From assembly GCA_964270895.1 (NCBI GenBank), contig OZ185442.1: a stretch of 64,000 nucleotides of DNA. One strand, given 5' to 3'. The notes under the pieces are model-generated. The model searched no databases, was not told where the DNA came from, and saw only the letters and a list, made by a program, of their open reading frames with translations. Within the stretch, counting starts at the first letter, position 1. Each line of letters opens with the position of its first letter. This DNA comes from Podarcis filfolensis. Taxonomy: Eukaryota. Shown here piece by piece: positions 48,201 to 60,800 of this stretch. Made by a program: the position numbers and the translations under genes.

Positions 48201-51200
48201 TTAGTGCAGAACATGTGTGAATGGTGAAACCTCAGGAGGAGCGAGCTGGTGGTTTGCTGCTCTGTCCCACCAGTCAGGCTTCTTGTTGGCACTGTCTCCT
48301 CAGCAGCACCGTGGGCCGGTTGGAGCTGCGTCTGGATCACACTGGCCTGTGTACTCTGGTGTGCCTCTCAGGCAAAGTCCTGATTATTTGCTTGGATATG
48401 GACCTCATGTTGCAGGATTGGGGCTGTTGTGCTCACTTGCCAGACAGCAGGGGGAAGTGTGTTCTCCAGCACCTTTTAAAAAACCCAAAAAAACCCCACT
48501 CTTTCTCTTTCTTCCTCCTCCTACCTTGCCCTCCTTATACGTTTGGTTCTCTTATACCTCAGAAGGTGCAGTATCCTGAAAACTTGGCGTTGTTTATCAC
48601 AGCCACAGTGAAACATGGTCAGGAAGCCTCAGCCTCAGGTAGCAAAGGAGGGGCTGCTTTTTGTGTGGCAGGGACTGCTTGCCGGCAGCATTCCGTCTTG
48701 GTTCATATTCTCTCTGTGGGAAAGGTCTGTAACGCCATCCTTCAGTCCTCAGTGGCATCTCCAGGTAGAACTGAGAGAGTTTCCCTGTCTGAAACCCTGA
48801 AGATGGACTTTGTATAAGGCAGTTTGCTACATTCCTATATTCACCTGCATAAATTCCCAAGTAGATGCTAGTGTTGGCAGAGCAGGGTTGCTTTGATGCT
48901 GGATGTCCTGTATGTGTTGTTTGAGCCTCTTGGTGTTAAAAGGGACTTAACATTCAAGGGACTGGTTTTTCTCTTAGCTGTTAAACGTTGGACAGCGGAG
49001 ATCTCAGCCAGGCCAGAGACGGGAGCCCAGGAAGATCATCACGGTTTGTGTCAAAGAGGATGTACACCTGAAGAAAGCTGAGAATGCCTGGAAGCCGAGT
49101 CTGAAGCGTGAGACGCAAGCAGAAGACTCTGAGAGCATCAAAACCCAGGTGAGGCAAGAACATGATCCTCCTGGCTGGGCTGCCATGGGGCTGGCCCTTC
49201 TCCCCACTTTAACACCCACCCTTAGCTGTAGTGTGATTTGCATGGCTAAGAACAGGGTGGTCCAACGTGCAGCCCATTTGACACCCCCACCTCCCCAGCC
49301 CTCGTGCTGCCTTTCCAAGCTGAGCAAGTGATGGGCTGGGCTGGGGGGGGTGCTCTAACAGGGTCCTAGAGTTCTGCCACCTTCTTCCCAAAGCCTGGTT
49401 AGTGCTTTCCTGCTTTGGAAGGGGGTGGGAGGGACTCACTTACCCGGCTATGGGAAGGCAGCACAAATTTTGGCCTCGCTCCTCCCCTCTCTCCCCCACC
49501 ACACATGGGTTCCTTGTTGAAATACGATTGCGGCCCACTTGATATGAAAAGTTGGACCTCCCTGGCTTAAAAGGACAAGTGAGGATACCAGACAACCTAC
49601 TACCTCTCTGGCAGGTGTATTTTCTCTATGTTATCTACTTGACTGTTTCTGCCTTTCCTTGGGAGGGGGAAAGAAGGGGGATCCCATAGAGGACAGACTT
49701 CCTGTGTGGAATATATTTGCGTTCTGAGCTGCCACTGTACAAAGCTTTTGCTGCTCTGGAGTCTGGTTGTTTCAACCTGGCTGTGTCTGAACTTCCCTGT
49801 CTGCCTGTCTTCACCTTTCCTTCTGGAGTTTCTGCGAACATGGGTGGAGCTGTTCAAGCTGACCTGGCATGGTTTGGGCATACGACGCAATGAAGCATAC
49901 ATGCCTGGGTACTGAAAGCAGCTGTCTTGGGCCGTTGCTCTCCTAGGCCTTTTGCCTCATTTGAGTTTTGCACCTTAACACCTGCATTTTCCTTTCAGGA
50001 GCTATTCCGCAAGGTCCGAAGCATCTTGAATAAGTTGACACCGCAGATGTTCAATCAACTGATGAAGCAAGTGACTGATCTAACTGTGGACACCGAAGAG
50101 AGGTTGAAAGGCGTCATCGACCTTGTGTTCGAGAAAGCCATTGATGAACCCAGCTTCTCTGTGGCCTATGCAAACATGTGCAGGTGTCTCGTCACGGTAA
50201 GTGTGGTGTGGGAAGTTGGAAGAGGAAAATACCCAGTGGGAGCGGGGGCATGGCAGAGCTCCTGCTTAACATGCAGGATAGCCCAGATTTGATCCCTGCC
50301 ATCTGCTGTTAAAAGGATGATTTGAAAAGGACCTTATTGGCCTGAGTCTCAGGAGATACTCTGCCATTCAGGGTAGACAATACTGGGCTGAATTGCACTG
50401 GTCTGTCATCTGCTGCCTTTTAGACACCAGAACGAAAAGGGGTTTATGGGGAGGTTGTCCTGAAGATGTTTATCTGAACCAGGCTCATGCAGGCAATTAA
50501 TAATAGCACCTTTCCATAATAGTTCACCTTTGATGTTAAAAGTTTATATATATTATGTATATGTATATATTACTGTGTTGTTTTCAGTATGAATGCTGTG
50601 AACCAGCCTGTTTGCTCTAATATGTTTTTATGAATAATGGCCCATAATTTTTTTTATAAATAAAATGATAAAATGCTGGTTAGGAATGCAGCAAGTGATG
50701 AGAATGCCCTGTTTTGCCTTGGCCCTTTCGACACGTGCTGCACACAGCTGAAGGTGCCCATGGCGGATAAGCCCGGGAGCTTTGTCAACTTCCGGAAGCT
50801 ACTCCTGAATCGTTGCCAGAAGGAATTTGAAAAGGACAAAGCTGATGACGATGTCTTTGAGAAGAAGCAGAAGGAGCTGGAAGCTGCCACAACGGTGAGT
50901 TTCTGCAGAGCGCCCTCTGTGCGCTCCCAGGAGCAGGGAGCCCAAGACATGGGAGTCCTGTGGTGTTGCTGGCCTGGGAAGCGAGGCCATGGGCTTGTGG
51001 TGTGGCAGGCAGCCCTTTCTCACCACCCCTTCCTTCTCTGCCCCTCAGCCAGAGGAGAGGACGCGGCTCCACGATGAACTGGAAGAAGCCAAGGACAAGG
51101 CCCGGCGGCGCTCCATTGGCAACATAAAGTTCATTGGGGAGCTCTTCAAGCTGAAGATGCTGACAGAGGCCATCATGCACGACTGTGTGGTGAAGCTGCT

Positions 51201-54200
51201 GAAGAACCACGACGAGGAGTCCCTTGAGTGCCTCTGCCGCCTCTTGACTACCATTGGCAAAGACTTGGACTTTGAGAAAGCCAAGGTTAGAAGAACCTGG
51301 CACCCACACTGAGACCCTTGGTGGCTGTAGCCTTTCCTGTGGGCTGCTAAGTGGCGCTCGTGCTTTCCCCTAGAAGATGGGGCAGTGGGGTTGCTTTGCC
51401 CCTTGTGTCATCAGGGAAGAGTGAACACCCAAATCCATCTTCTTTGGTTCTGAAAAGAACTTAAGTGTTCAGAAAAGCTAGATCCATACCCCTTACTGGC
51501 CCTTCTTCATACCCACCAGGAGTGGATGGAATGTGAGGCCACTTGGAAAGTGCAGGGGCGGGTGGGTGACTTTTACGTATTTCTACGTAGAAACCTCTTT
51601 ACTTTTGCCTGGCTGGGATTAGCCCCTGTCCAAAGGTAAGAGTCACCCTCATTGCTCCAGGCCCTGAATGGTTTCCCAGGAGAGGCTGGAAAGGATCCCC
51701 TTCCCCATCCCCCGCTGTAAGGCAGTTTTTCATGTTCCTATGAAATATGGTGAGAGCATCTGTGTTTCCTCTAGCCTCGAATGGACCAGTATTTCAATCA
51801 AATGGAAAAGATAGTCAAAGAGAGGAAAACCTCTTCCAGAATACGATTCATGCTTCAAGATGTCATAGACCTCAGGCAGGTACGTGTCCAGCAAGGGAAG
51901 CAGATGAGTAATTGTCCACAAGAGAAAAGGGGTACTGCTCTCACCTGGCTCTTAGTCTTATCTTGAGAGGGTAGTTCTTGGTTTTTTAAATGGCTGCCAG
52001 AGACCATCTTTTGATGATGGGCAGTGGAGCTGCTGTCTCCTGCATCATGGGCTTCTGTCATGGGGTAGCTGTGGTTTTACAGTCGACTTGTGTCACGCTT
52101 TTGCGAGCAGTTTTCCCCTCAGTAGAATATCCCACTTCCTCTGTCTGCATCAACCACAACTACCCCACAGTGTGCAGGGGAGAAAGAAGGCCTCATCCGT
52201 CCTTTCTTTCCTGTCTTCCACAGTGTAACTGGGTCTCACGGAGGGCAGATCAAGGCCCCAAGACGATAGAGCAGATCCATAAAGAAGCAAAAATTGAAGA
52301 ACAGGAGGAGCAGCGAAAAGTCCAGCAACTAATGACCAAAGAGAAGAGGAGGCCTGGTAAGTTCCCAGAGTTCCCATCTGATGCTTGACCAGGAGGAGAG
52401 AGAAACAAGGGTCCATGTCATGAGAATTGCCTCCGGTGTCTAGATTATAGAGTGCCCTGTCCAGGTTGAATATCTCTTTCTGCCCATATGCCTCAATATA
52501 TATTGTTAAGCATATTGGGGAGCAACCTCCAGCCATTTGTTCTACTAGCGTGTGCATGGACCATTGCACAGAATAGGCAAATGGTGAAACTGCACAAATA
52601 ATTTTTTAAAAATCTACCACACAATTGCTTAGGCAGAAATGCAAATTGAAATCCACTCTTCAGCTAGATGCGACAGAGGAAACAGCAGCCTTATTCCCAT
52701 AGGCTCTCAAGCTTCACTTTACACATACAACTCATCCCAGACCACTTTAGCTACCATATCAGGGATTATAAAAAGTAACTTGTTTGTTTGTTTTGTTTGC
52801 AGGTGTTCAGAGGGTAGAGGAGGGTGGCTGGAACACGGTGCAGGGGGCGAAAAATACCCGTGTGCTGGACCCCACCAAGTTCCTTAAAATCACCAAGGTT
52901 TGTATGGAGGAAGAATCTCTTTCTGAGAGGAATCCTGAGAGACCAACTCTCCTTTGGTTGGTCATCTCCCACATTCCCAGTCCTCAACATCAGCCTTCCT
53001 GAAAGTGGTGCCCTCCCAGACGTTTTGGACTGCAGTTCCCACAGGCTCTAGCTTCACACACCTACAGTAGCTGATGCCAGTGGGAACTGTAGTTCAGAAT
53101 GCCTGGAGTGTGCCTGGTTGGGGAATCTTGGTTTTTCTTGCTGCCCTGCCCTCCAAGGAAGCTGTTTGTCTATCTGTGCATCTATGCATTTTGAACTGGG
53201 AAGTGGGAGAGAGGGTGGCAGTGAGCCGGAGGGTGGGAGGATTTGTTTCCTTCTGTGAAACAGGATTGGGTGGGGCGGTTCCAATCCCCAGCAGGCTCTC
53301 CCTGATTTGTGCTCCTGTCTGTGTGTCTTTCAGCCCACAATAGATGAGAAGATCCAGCTTGTGCCTAAAGCCCAGTTGGGCAGCTGGGGAAAAGGCAGCA
53401 GTGGGGGAGCCAAGGCCAGTGAGATTGGTGAGTGTGGAGGCCCCCCACCCTGCGTTTTGCTCTGTGCACCCTGAAAAGTGCTGGCTGTTGCTGTTCCTCG
53501 TCAAATACATCTCCTTGTCATTTCTCCTTTTTTGGAATTTCCAGTCTTGGCCTACTTCCTGTTATGAATGGGCTGTGCAAACTCCATATTCAGTGCTAGC
53601 CCTCCTCTTGGTACACCCACTAAAGTTAAATGGTTACAACTATCTTAGGTTCATTAAATTCAGTGGATTTACTTTGGGAAGGACTTAGCGTGATATAACT
53701 CCCATGTTCTACTTCTTCTTTTTCTTAAACATTCAAATATTTCACCAAAGTAACTGAATTGGTGGATCAAACCAGTGCTTGATCCGTTTCGGACTGTAGT
53801 GCTGCAACAGTCTGTAGACAATACACAGTCGGAAACCGATCAAGAGCTAAGAATAGCATGATTAAGTTAGCTAGAGAGTCTCCTGAAAGAGCCGGTTTTT
53901 GCTTGGCTCCAGAAAGAGCTCAGTGTGGGAGCTTGGCAAATATCTTTGGGGAGTCCACACCACAGTGCTGACGTCTCTACTGCAAAGACTCTGCCCTCAT
54001 TGGATGATTGCTGAGTTTCACTCAGTATCAGTGCCTGGAAGAAGAAGAAATCAGAGCAAATTATCATAGCATCCATGACAGATGGCCATCCAACCTCTGC
54101 TTAAAAACCTCCACTGAAGGAGAGTCCAGAACCTCCCAAGGGAGTCTGTTCCACTGTCGAACAGCTTTAACTGTCAGAGGTTTTTCCTGGTGTTTAGTCA

Positions 54201-54789
54201 GAATCTCCTTTCTTGTCATTTGGAATCCATTGGTTTGGGTTCTGTCCTTCGGATCCAGCAGAAAACAAGCTGAATCCAACTTCCATTTGACTGCCCTTCA
54301 GATATTTAAAGATAGCTATCTCCTCTCAATCTCTTCCAGGCTAAACATACCCAACTTCCTCAACTGTTCCTCATAAGGCTTGGTTTCTAGGGAAGGATTT
54401 GGTCCTTAGGGGACACCCAAGCCAGTTAAGGCTTTAAAGGGTTTCCTGTATCTGTAGGTGACCCATCTCTCTGCAAAAACCCTCTGCCCTGAAGGTTGAA
54501 AGAGATCATCAAGGCATCCACTTGACACAGTTAAACTTGTGCTGGGTTTAAGAGCTTCTGGGCCTCTGGCTGATGGGTTTCCTGGAGCCCTTGAGGCAGC
54601 TGTTACTCTCCCCAACATCCTCTTGCAGATTCCTTACGACCAAGTGCCACTAGTTTGAACCGATTCTCTGCACTGCAGCCTCCCGCATCATCTGTGTCTG
54701 CCTCAGCCACATCCGCAGAGTTGGACTCTCGCAGGGCCTTAACTAGGTAAGTCTCAGGCCACCCATGGGTGCTTCTCTCCCACTTCATT

Positions 54790-54830
<41 letters not shown>

Positions 54831-57800
54831 ATTGCCTTGAATGAAGTGTTCTATGTGATTAAACTGACTTCTGTCCACGTAATGAAATGTGGGGGGAAAG
54901 CAGAGATTTAATTGCCTCTCCGATAAACCTCTTCCGCTTTTAGCGCTTGATGTCTGTGTTTACTATCACTTGAAAGCTAATTGGCACATAGCCGAGTTGG
55001 GGGTTAATTTTTTTTCAAGCAGTGAGTGAGTAAGGAATTTTCCTGAGAAATGTCTTTGCTCCCACAGTCGGGGGAGCACAGGCAGGGAGAAGAACGACAA
55101 GCTGCTCCCCTCTCCAGCCTCACGACCCAACACCTTCTTGCGGGTCAGCAGCAGCAAGGAGCAGCTCTTGGACAACCAGGCTCAGGAAGAACAGCGGCGG
55201 GAGATGCTGGAGACTGTGAAGCAGCTGACAGGGGGGCTGGAGAGCGACTGGAACAGCACAGAGGCAGAGAGGAGCAAGGCCAAGGAAACTGGTGAGCTTT
55301 TCCTCTTCCTCCTCCAAGTTGGGGCTTCTGAACTCTGGGCTGTCCTTCCTGCTGGATGAGCAGAAACATTTTGTGACTGATTTGGTTGGTGCTAATTTAT
55401 GTCCTGCGGGGACGCGGGTGGCACTGTGGGTAAAACCTCAGCGCCTAGGACTTGCCGATCGCATGGTCGGCAGTTCGAATCCCCGCGGCGGGGTGCGCTC
55501 CCGTCGTTCGGTCCCAGCCCCTGCCAACCTAGCAGTTCGAAAGCACCCCCGGGTGCAAGTAGAGAAATAGGGATCGCTTACCAGCGGGAAGGTAAACGGC
55601 GTTCTGTGTGCTGCGCTGGCTCGCCAGATGCAGCTTGTCACGCTGGCCACGTGACCCGGAAGTGTCTGCGGACAGCGCTGGCTCCCGGTCTCTAGAGTGA
55701 GATGAGCGCACAACCCTAGAGTCTGTCAAGACTGGCCCGTACGGGCAGGGGTACCTTTACCTTTAATTTATGTCCATTCCCTCTTGAGCTCATAGCATTA
55801 TTTCATCCACGTTCATTTGTTGCCCCTTCTGAGTCAAAATGGTGGTGATCTAAAGCGAGGTATTCTGTGCAGATCTCTCTCTGGGATGAATTACACCACA
55901 AATCCTAGAGTGTGTAGCTGCATGTAGGACTTACGAAGAATGGCAGGACACAACCTAAGGACTTGTCTGTAATGACAATGGCATTGTGCATGGGAAAAAT
56001 GCCTCTCTGGCATTGCATTGAAGTAAGCCTTCTACATTTCCTGCCTCTTTCTCTCCCTCTCCCCTTACCCATTCAACTGTCTTAACAGCCAAGCCTGAAA
56101 TTTCCACATCCCCAGCCCAAGAAAAACCTGCATTGTCAGAAGAGGAAATAGAGAGAAAGTGCAAATCGATCATTGACGAGTTCTTGCACATAAACGATTA
56201 TAAGGTAAGGAGAGCTGTGGCCCATCGTGACGTGCATTGGAGTTTTCTCTTGGGGCGGAGGGCTTAAGCATTTAAAAGCCACCCTTTCCGAGGTCTGGCT
56301 TTGTGGCCGCTGATCTTGCAATATCAGTGCAGAGAGCAAGAAGGACCTTTATGAAGGTCAGCTGAGCAGCTTTTGCACAAGGAAAGTCTCTTAGCCCACG
56401 GACTACAGAGAAACCTCCCTTTCTATTGTCTGGACAGGAAGCGATGCAGTGCGTGGAGGAGCTGAGCATACCGGGAGTGCTGCCTGTGTTTGTGCAGGTG
56501 GGCGTGGAATCAACCCTGGAGCGGAGTCAGATCACCAGAGACCACATGGGCCAGTTGCTGTATCAGCTGGTGCAGTCGGAGAAGCTCAGCAAGCAGGACT
56601 TTTTCAAGGGGTTGGTAGTCTGCCAGGGAAGGAAGCAAGATCTCTGGGTATTTTTTCTTTCTTTCATGGGTGCTCACTACAAACAGTTACATTTGGGCTG
56701 GATGCAGAGAGTGACCAGCTGCCTCCCAGACGGAATGTGCCTTGAGCAACTCTGCTTCCCTCCTTAGGTTTGCGGACACCTTGGAGACGGCAGACGACAT
56801 GGCCATCGATATACCCCACATATGGTTATACCTGGCTGAGTTGGTGACGCCTATGTTGAAAGAAGGAGGAATCTCTATGAGAGAACTTCTGACGTAAGCT
56901 GCACTCTTTCTCCGTTAGCCGTAGGGTGATGCTTGCACCGGCTGCCCTTGGAACTCCTTGCATAGATAAGGTCAAGCTAGCCACAGTCAACCGCAGTGAC
57001 CTATGCGAGACCTGTTGCTTGCTACAAACTATATTGTTATTGCCTTGGGGCAGTGAATTTCCACACCCAGGTTAAGCCAGATTTAAACCCCTCATGGGCC
57101 TAATTTGTCACGTGTACAGGGCCCACCAGTTAAAATGACGTCAGGCAATGTTTCTTTTTGAAGGCACACTCCCAGATCACGAAGGGATTTGCACAGACCT
57201 CAGCTAAAACAGGGGCTTTCACAGAGATTTCAGTGTAAACCCATCATGAGTCTGGAGCAAGGTGTGCTTCAGCTGTTGGACAGTGGGGACATGCCTTACC
57301 TCCAGCAAAGGAATGCTTAAGAGCTCATTTTAAGCCACACTAGCACTAGTCCCACACCTGATGTCTCATATGATGGCAGGTGAGTGCAGTTTACCAGAAA
57401 CAGTCTGGCAAGCTAAATAGGGTTTCCGAGCAGGCCAGAGGCTTGCCACCCCTGCCTTAAGGGCTGAACCAGCAGAGGGTGGCAACTCCCCAAATATCCT
57501 ACCTGTCAAACTTGTCTGCTGTGGTCTCCCTCCAGCTCCAGAACAGAGTTGCTTCTGTGGTCGGAGATTCAAGTAGAACTTAGTGAAGGCCAGAGCCCTC
57601 ACCCCCCTTCATGGTGGCCTTTCACCATGTGCTAGTTGCCTGTCAGGTGGCAAAGCTTACACTGCTCTCTTGCTCTCTCCTGTTGCAGAGAATTTAGCAA
57701 ACCCTTGCTCCCTGTGGGAAGAGCCGGCATCTTGCTTTCCGAAATATTGCACCTTCTATGCAAACAAATGGTAAGTGTTCCAGGCCACTTGCAGATCTGG

Positions 57801-60800
57801 ATGTGTCTGTGCAAAGGGAATCTGTAGTGTATTGAAAAACGTCAAGAAGCCTGCCCAAGATTCCCAAGTCAGTGAGTTGCATTCACCTTTTGCCTGAAAA
57901 GGCTTTGAAGCTGCCTTTAGTTGATCAGGAGCAGGAATCACAAAGGACAGCCTCATTCTGAAGATGCTTCGAATTCAGAGATGTTCCCAGTTGCTGACCC
58001 AACCTGAGCAGGCCTCTACCCTAAAAAGGGTGGCACTTTCATGGCCCCACTGATTGCTGAATCCCGTTGACCCCACAGCAGCATTGGATTGAACCCTCCT
58101 GTTGGAAAAGAGCATCCTAAAGTCGGGATATTGAATGTGATACTTTGCACTCACCCAGGTTTCCCCCTCACCCCCGAAAAGGAACTGTTATGGTGGGGTT
58201 GGAGGTTGTGTTGAACACCATGGCTGTTTTGGGTCTCCCTGCTCTCCTCTCTTTGATTTTTCAAATTCCTTCTGTGTTCTAGAGCCATAAGAAAGTGGCA
58301 GCCTTATGGAGGGAGGCTGGCCTCAGTTGGAAAGACTTCTTACCTGAAGAGGAAGATGTCCACACCTTTCTCATGGAGCAGGTGAGTTGGGAGCCAGAGC
58401 AGGGTCACTCTGACCTTTTGGTCACTCTGTTCACTTCTGATAGGGGGAGGTTTGACTAGATGCTATGTTGTCCCTTCTGACCCTTGAGGTGGGACCAGCC
58501 TCCACTGCAAAAGGTCTTTAACCCTTTGGAAGAATAGATAGTTAAGCCCTACTTCAGGGTGTTCACTGGCGTGGGACCCTGCATGTCACGCCAAACTAAA
58601 GCCATTCTCTCTTCTCTTGTAACACTGCAGAAGTTGGACTTCACAGAGACTGACAGTTCCAGTTCCTCAGAAGCACTTTCAAAGAAGGAGCTCTCTGCTG
58701 AAGAGTTGAACAAACAGCTGGAGAAACTCATTATCGAGGACAAGGCGAATGATGAGCAGATCTTTGATTGGGTAGAGGTACAAAGCCCAAGTCCATCTAT
58801 GCCCGTACACTAATAAGTTAAGAGTTATTTGAACCCATCTGTTACAGTTCCTGGAGCCTGGGCTCTTGGAAAGAGCAGCTCTCAGGAGTGGGCTCTTGGT
58901 TCTTACAGAATCACGGGGTTGGGAGCATTTCACCACAGCCCTCACCTGTCTCCACACTGCTTTCCTGACCCTCACTTTCAGCAGAGTCTGGTTTCGCCCC
59001 TGGGGATTGCTGCTTGTCACCAGAACACAATTTTGCTCGCTTAGAGGGCTGCATTGTAGGGCTAGAGAGAAATTATTGCTTTTACAGATGCCAGAGGGTT
59101 TTGATCTGTAGCACTGAGTTCCATCCTAGAATGCCTTTTTTATGTGACTCTCCAGCAACAGACTTTTTTCTGCTGAATAAATAACACCGTAGAAGGCAGA
59201 ATTGGGGGAGAGAATATAAGCCATTTTCCTGCTCCCAGGAGCACTTTGGGGTGAGCTGATCTGGTAGGAAGCACTTTAATGAGTGAGCTTATAAGATTCC
59301 TTCATCAGCGAGTTCTTCAGACGAGGTGCTGTGATGCAACCCGTGGGCTTTTTTGACTTCTGCAAATACTCTTGATTTCAGGCTAATCTAGACGAGAGCC
59401 AGATGAGTTCACCTACATTCCTTAGAGCTTTAATGACAGCAGTTTGTAAAGCCGCTATTATAGGTGAGTAATGTTCATCCAGAAGTTTTAGACATGAAGC
59501 CATCAGTATCTTTCCTCTGTTTTGCATGGAATTTGAATTCTTCGCCACAGTCTCTTTTTAAGCATGCGCTCTGCATGAAATGTCCCACAGATAATGAGCG
59601 ACCAGAACAGGTCATGTTAATGTGTCTTCCATCCCAGGGATTTCTGGGATTCTCCAGATCCATTTTTTCTGTGAATCCAATCCATATCATTTGGAAGCAT
59701 ACTATGGTTGGAAGAAGAGAAATCACCTACCTTATTACCGTTTCCACCAGTTGTTTTATATCCTGAGTTGTTCCATTAGAAAACATCAAGTGATAACTGT
59801 TCCAATGGCAGTTCTTCATTTTGAGGGTGTGTGTAAGGAGATCTTTGAATTCTAGCCAGCAGTGGCCCCCATGGATTTGGGGCAGGGGTGCCAGTGAGAG
59901 TGTTGCCTTTTTGCCTTCCAGTTTCTGTGCATTAAACCTTTTTGTGCTTTTGTAGTGTAGCTGAATGGGGATTTAGTTGGCTAAAGTCCATACTTGTGGC
60001 CACTTCAGAAGTTCAGTAAAACTGTGAGGGGAGAGGAGAACATTAACACACCAGCTAATGAGTCCCTGCATATAGAAAACAAGTGTGTCAGGTTTCTGTC
60101 CTGACATGCTAGCTTTCTATGTGCAGAGATATTGGGGGGAGGGATATGGAAGAGCATTCCACAATGTGAACCCCACTCCTGTAGTGTGAAGGGGTACCAC
60201 CCAGTGAGAGTCAAGCCTAAATATTTTTAGATCCCAGATACAGGTAGTGATGTATTCCATCTTTTATATTTTTGGTACCTAAAATTGCAGGAGGTAGGAT
60301 GAAGTGACACAGCCTCTTTCTTTCAAAGCTTCTAATTTTTGGAAGATGAGCTGGTGAAATAAACCTTTCCAATTGCATAAGCAGTCCAGACGTTGAAGAA
60401 TGTTTAATTTCTGCTGCTGCTATCCCTTTTGCCTTGAATTGAGATTTGTCTGTGAAGACAGAGGATAGATAAGAGTTGCCTGCCTTCCTCCTTCCTGGCC
60501 AGCTTTTAACCAAATGCTGACATTGAATCTCTTCTCTTTTCTAGTGGACAGTTCTAGCTTGCGAGTGGACACTGCTGTTATCAAGCAGAGAGTGCCGATC
60601 TTACTTAAGTACCTAGACGCGGACACAGAGAAGGAACTACAAGCACTTTACGCACTACAAGCATCAATAGTAAAACTTGATCAACCTCCGAGTAAGTGTA
60701 CTCAGGGTCAGAGTGGTCTTTGGGCCTTGGTCCCTTGAATTGGGCTTGTGTAAAATAGGACAGAACATGATGTGCTGTCACTGGCTGTAGGGCCGTTTGC

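Noticed and set aside
50785-51309. Minus-strand ORFs opposite the MIF4G exons
   Set aside because: Antisense shadows of the real coding exons.
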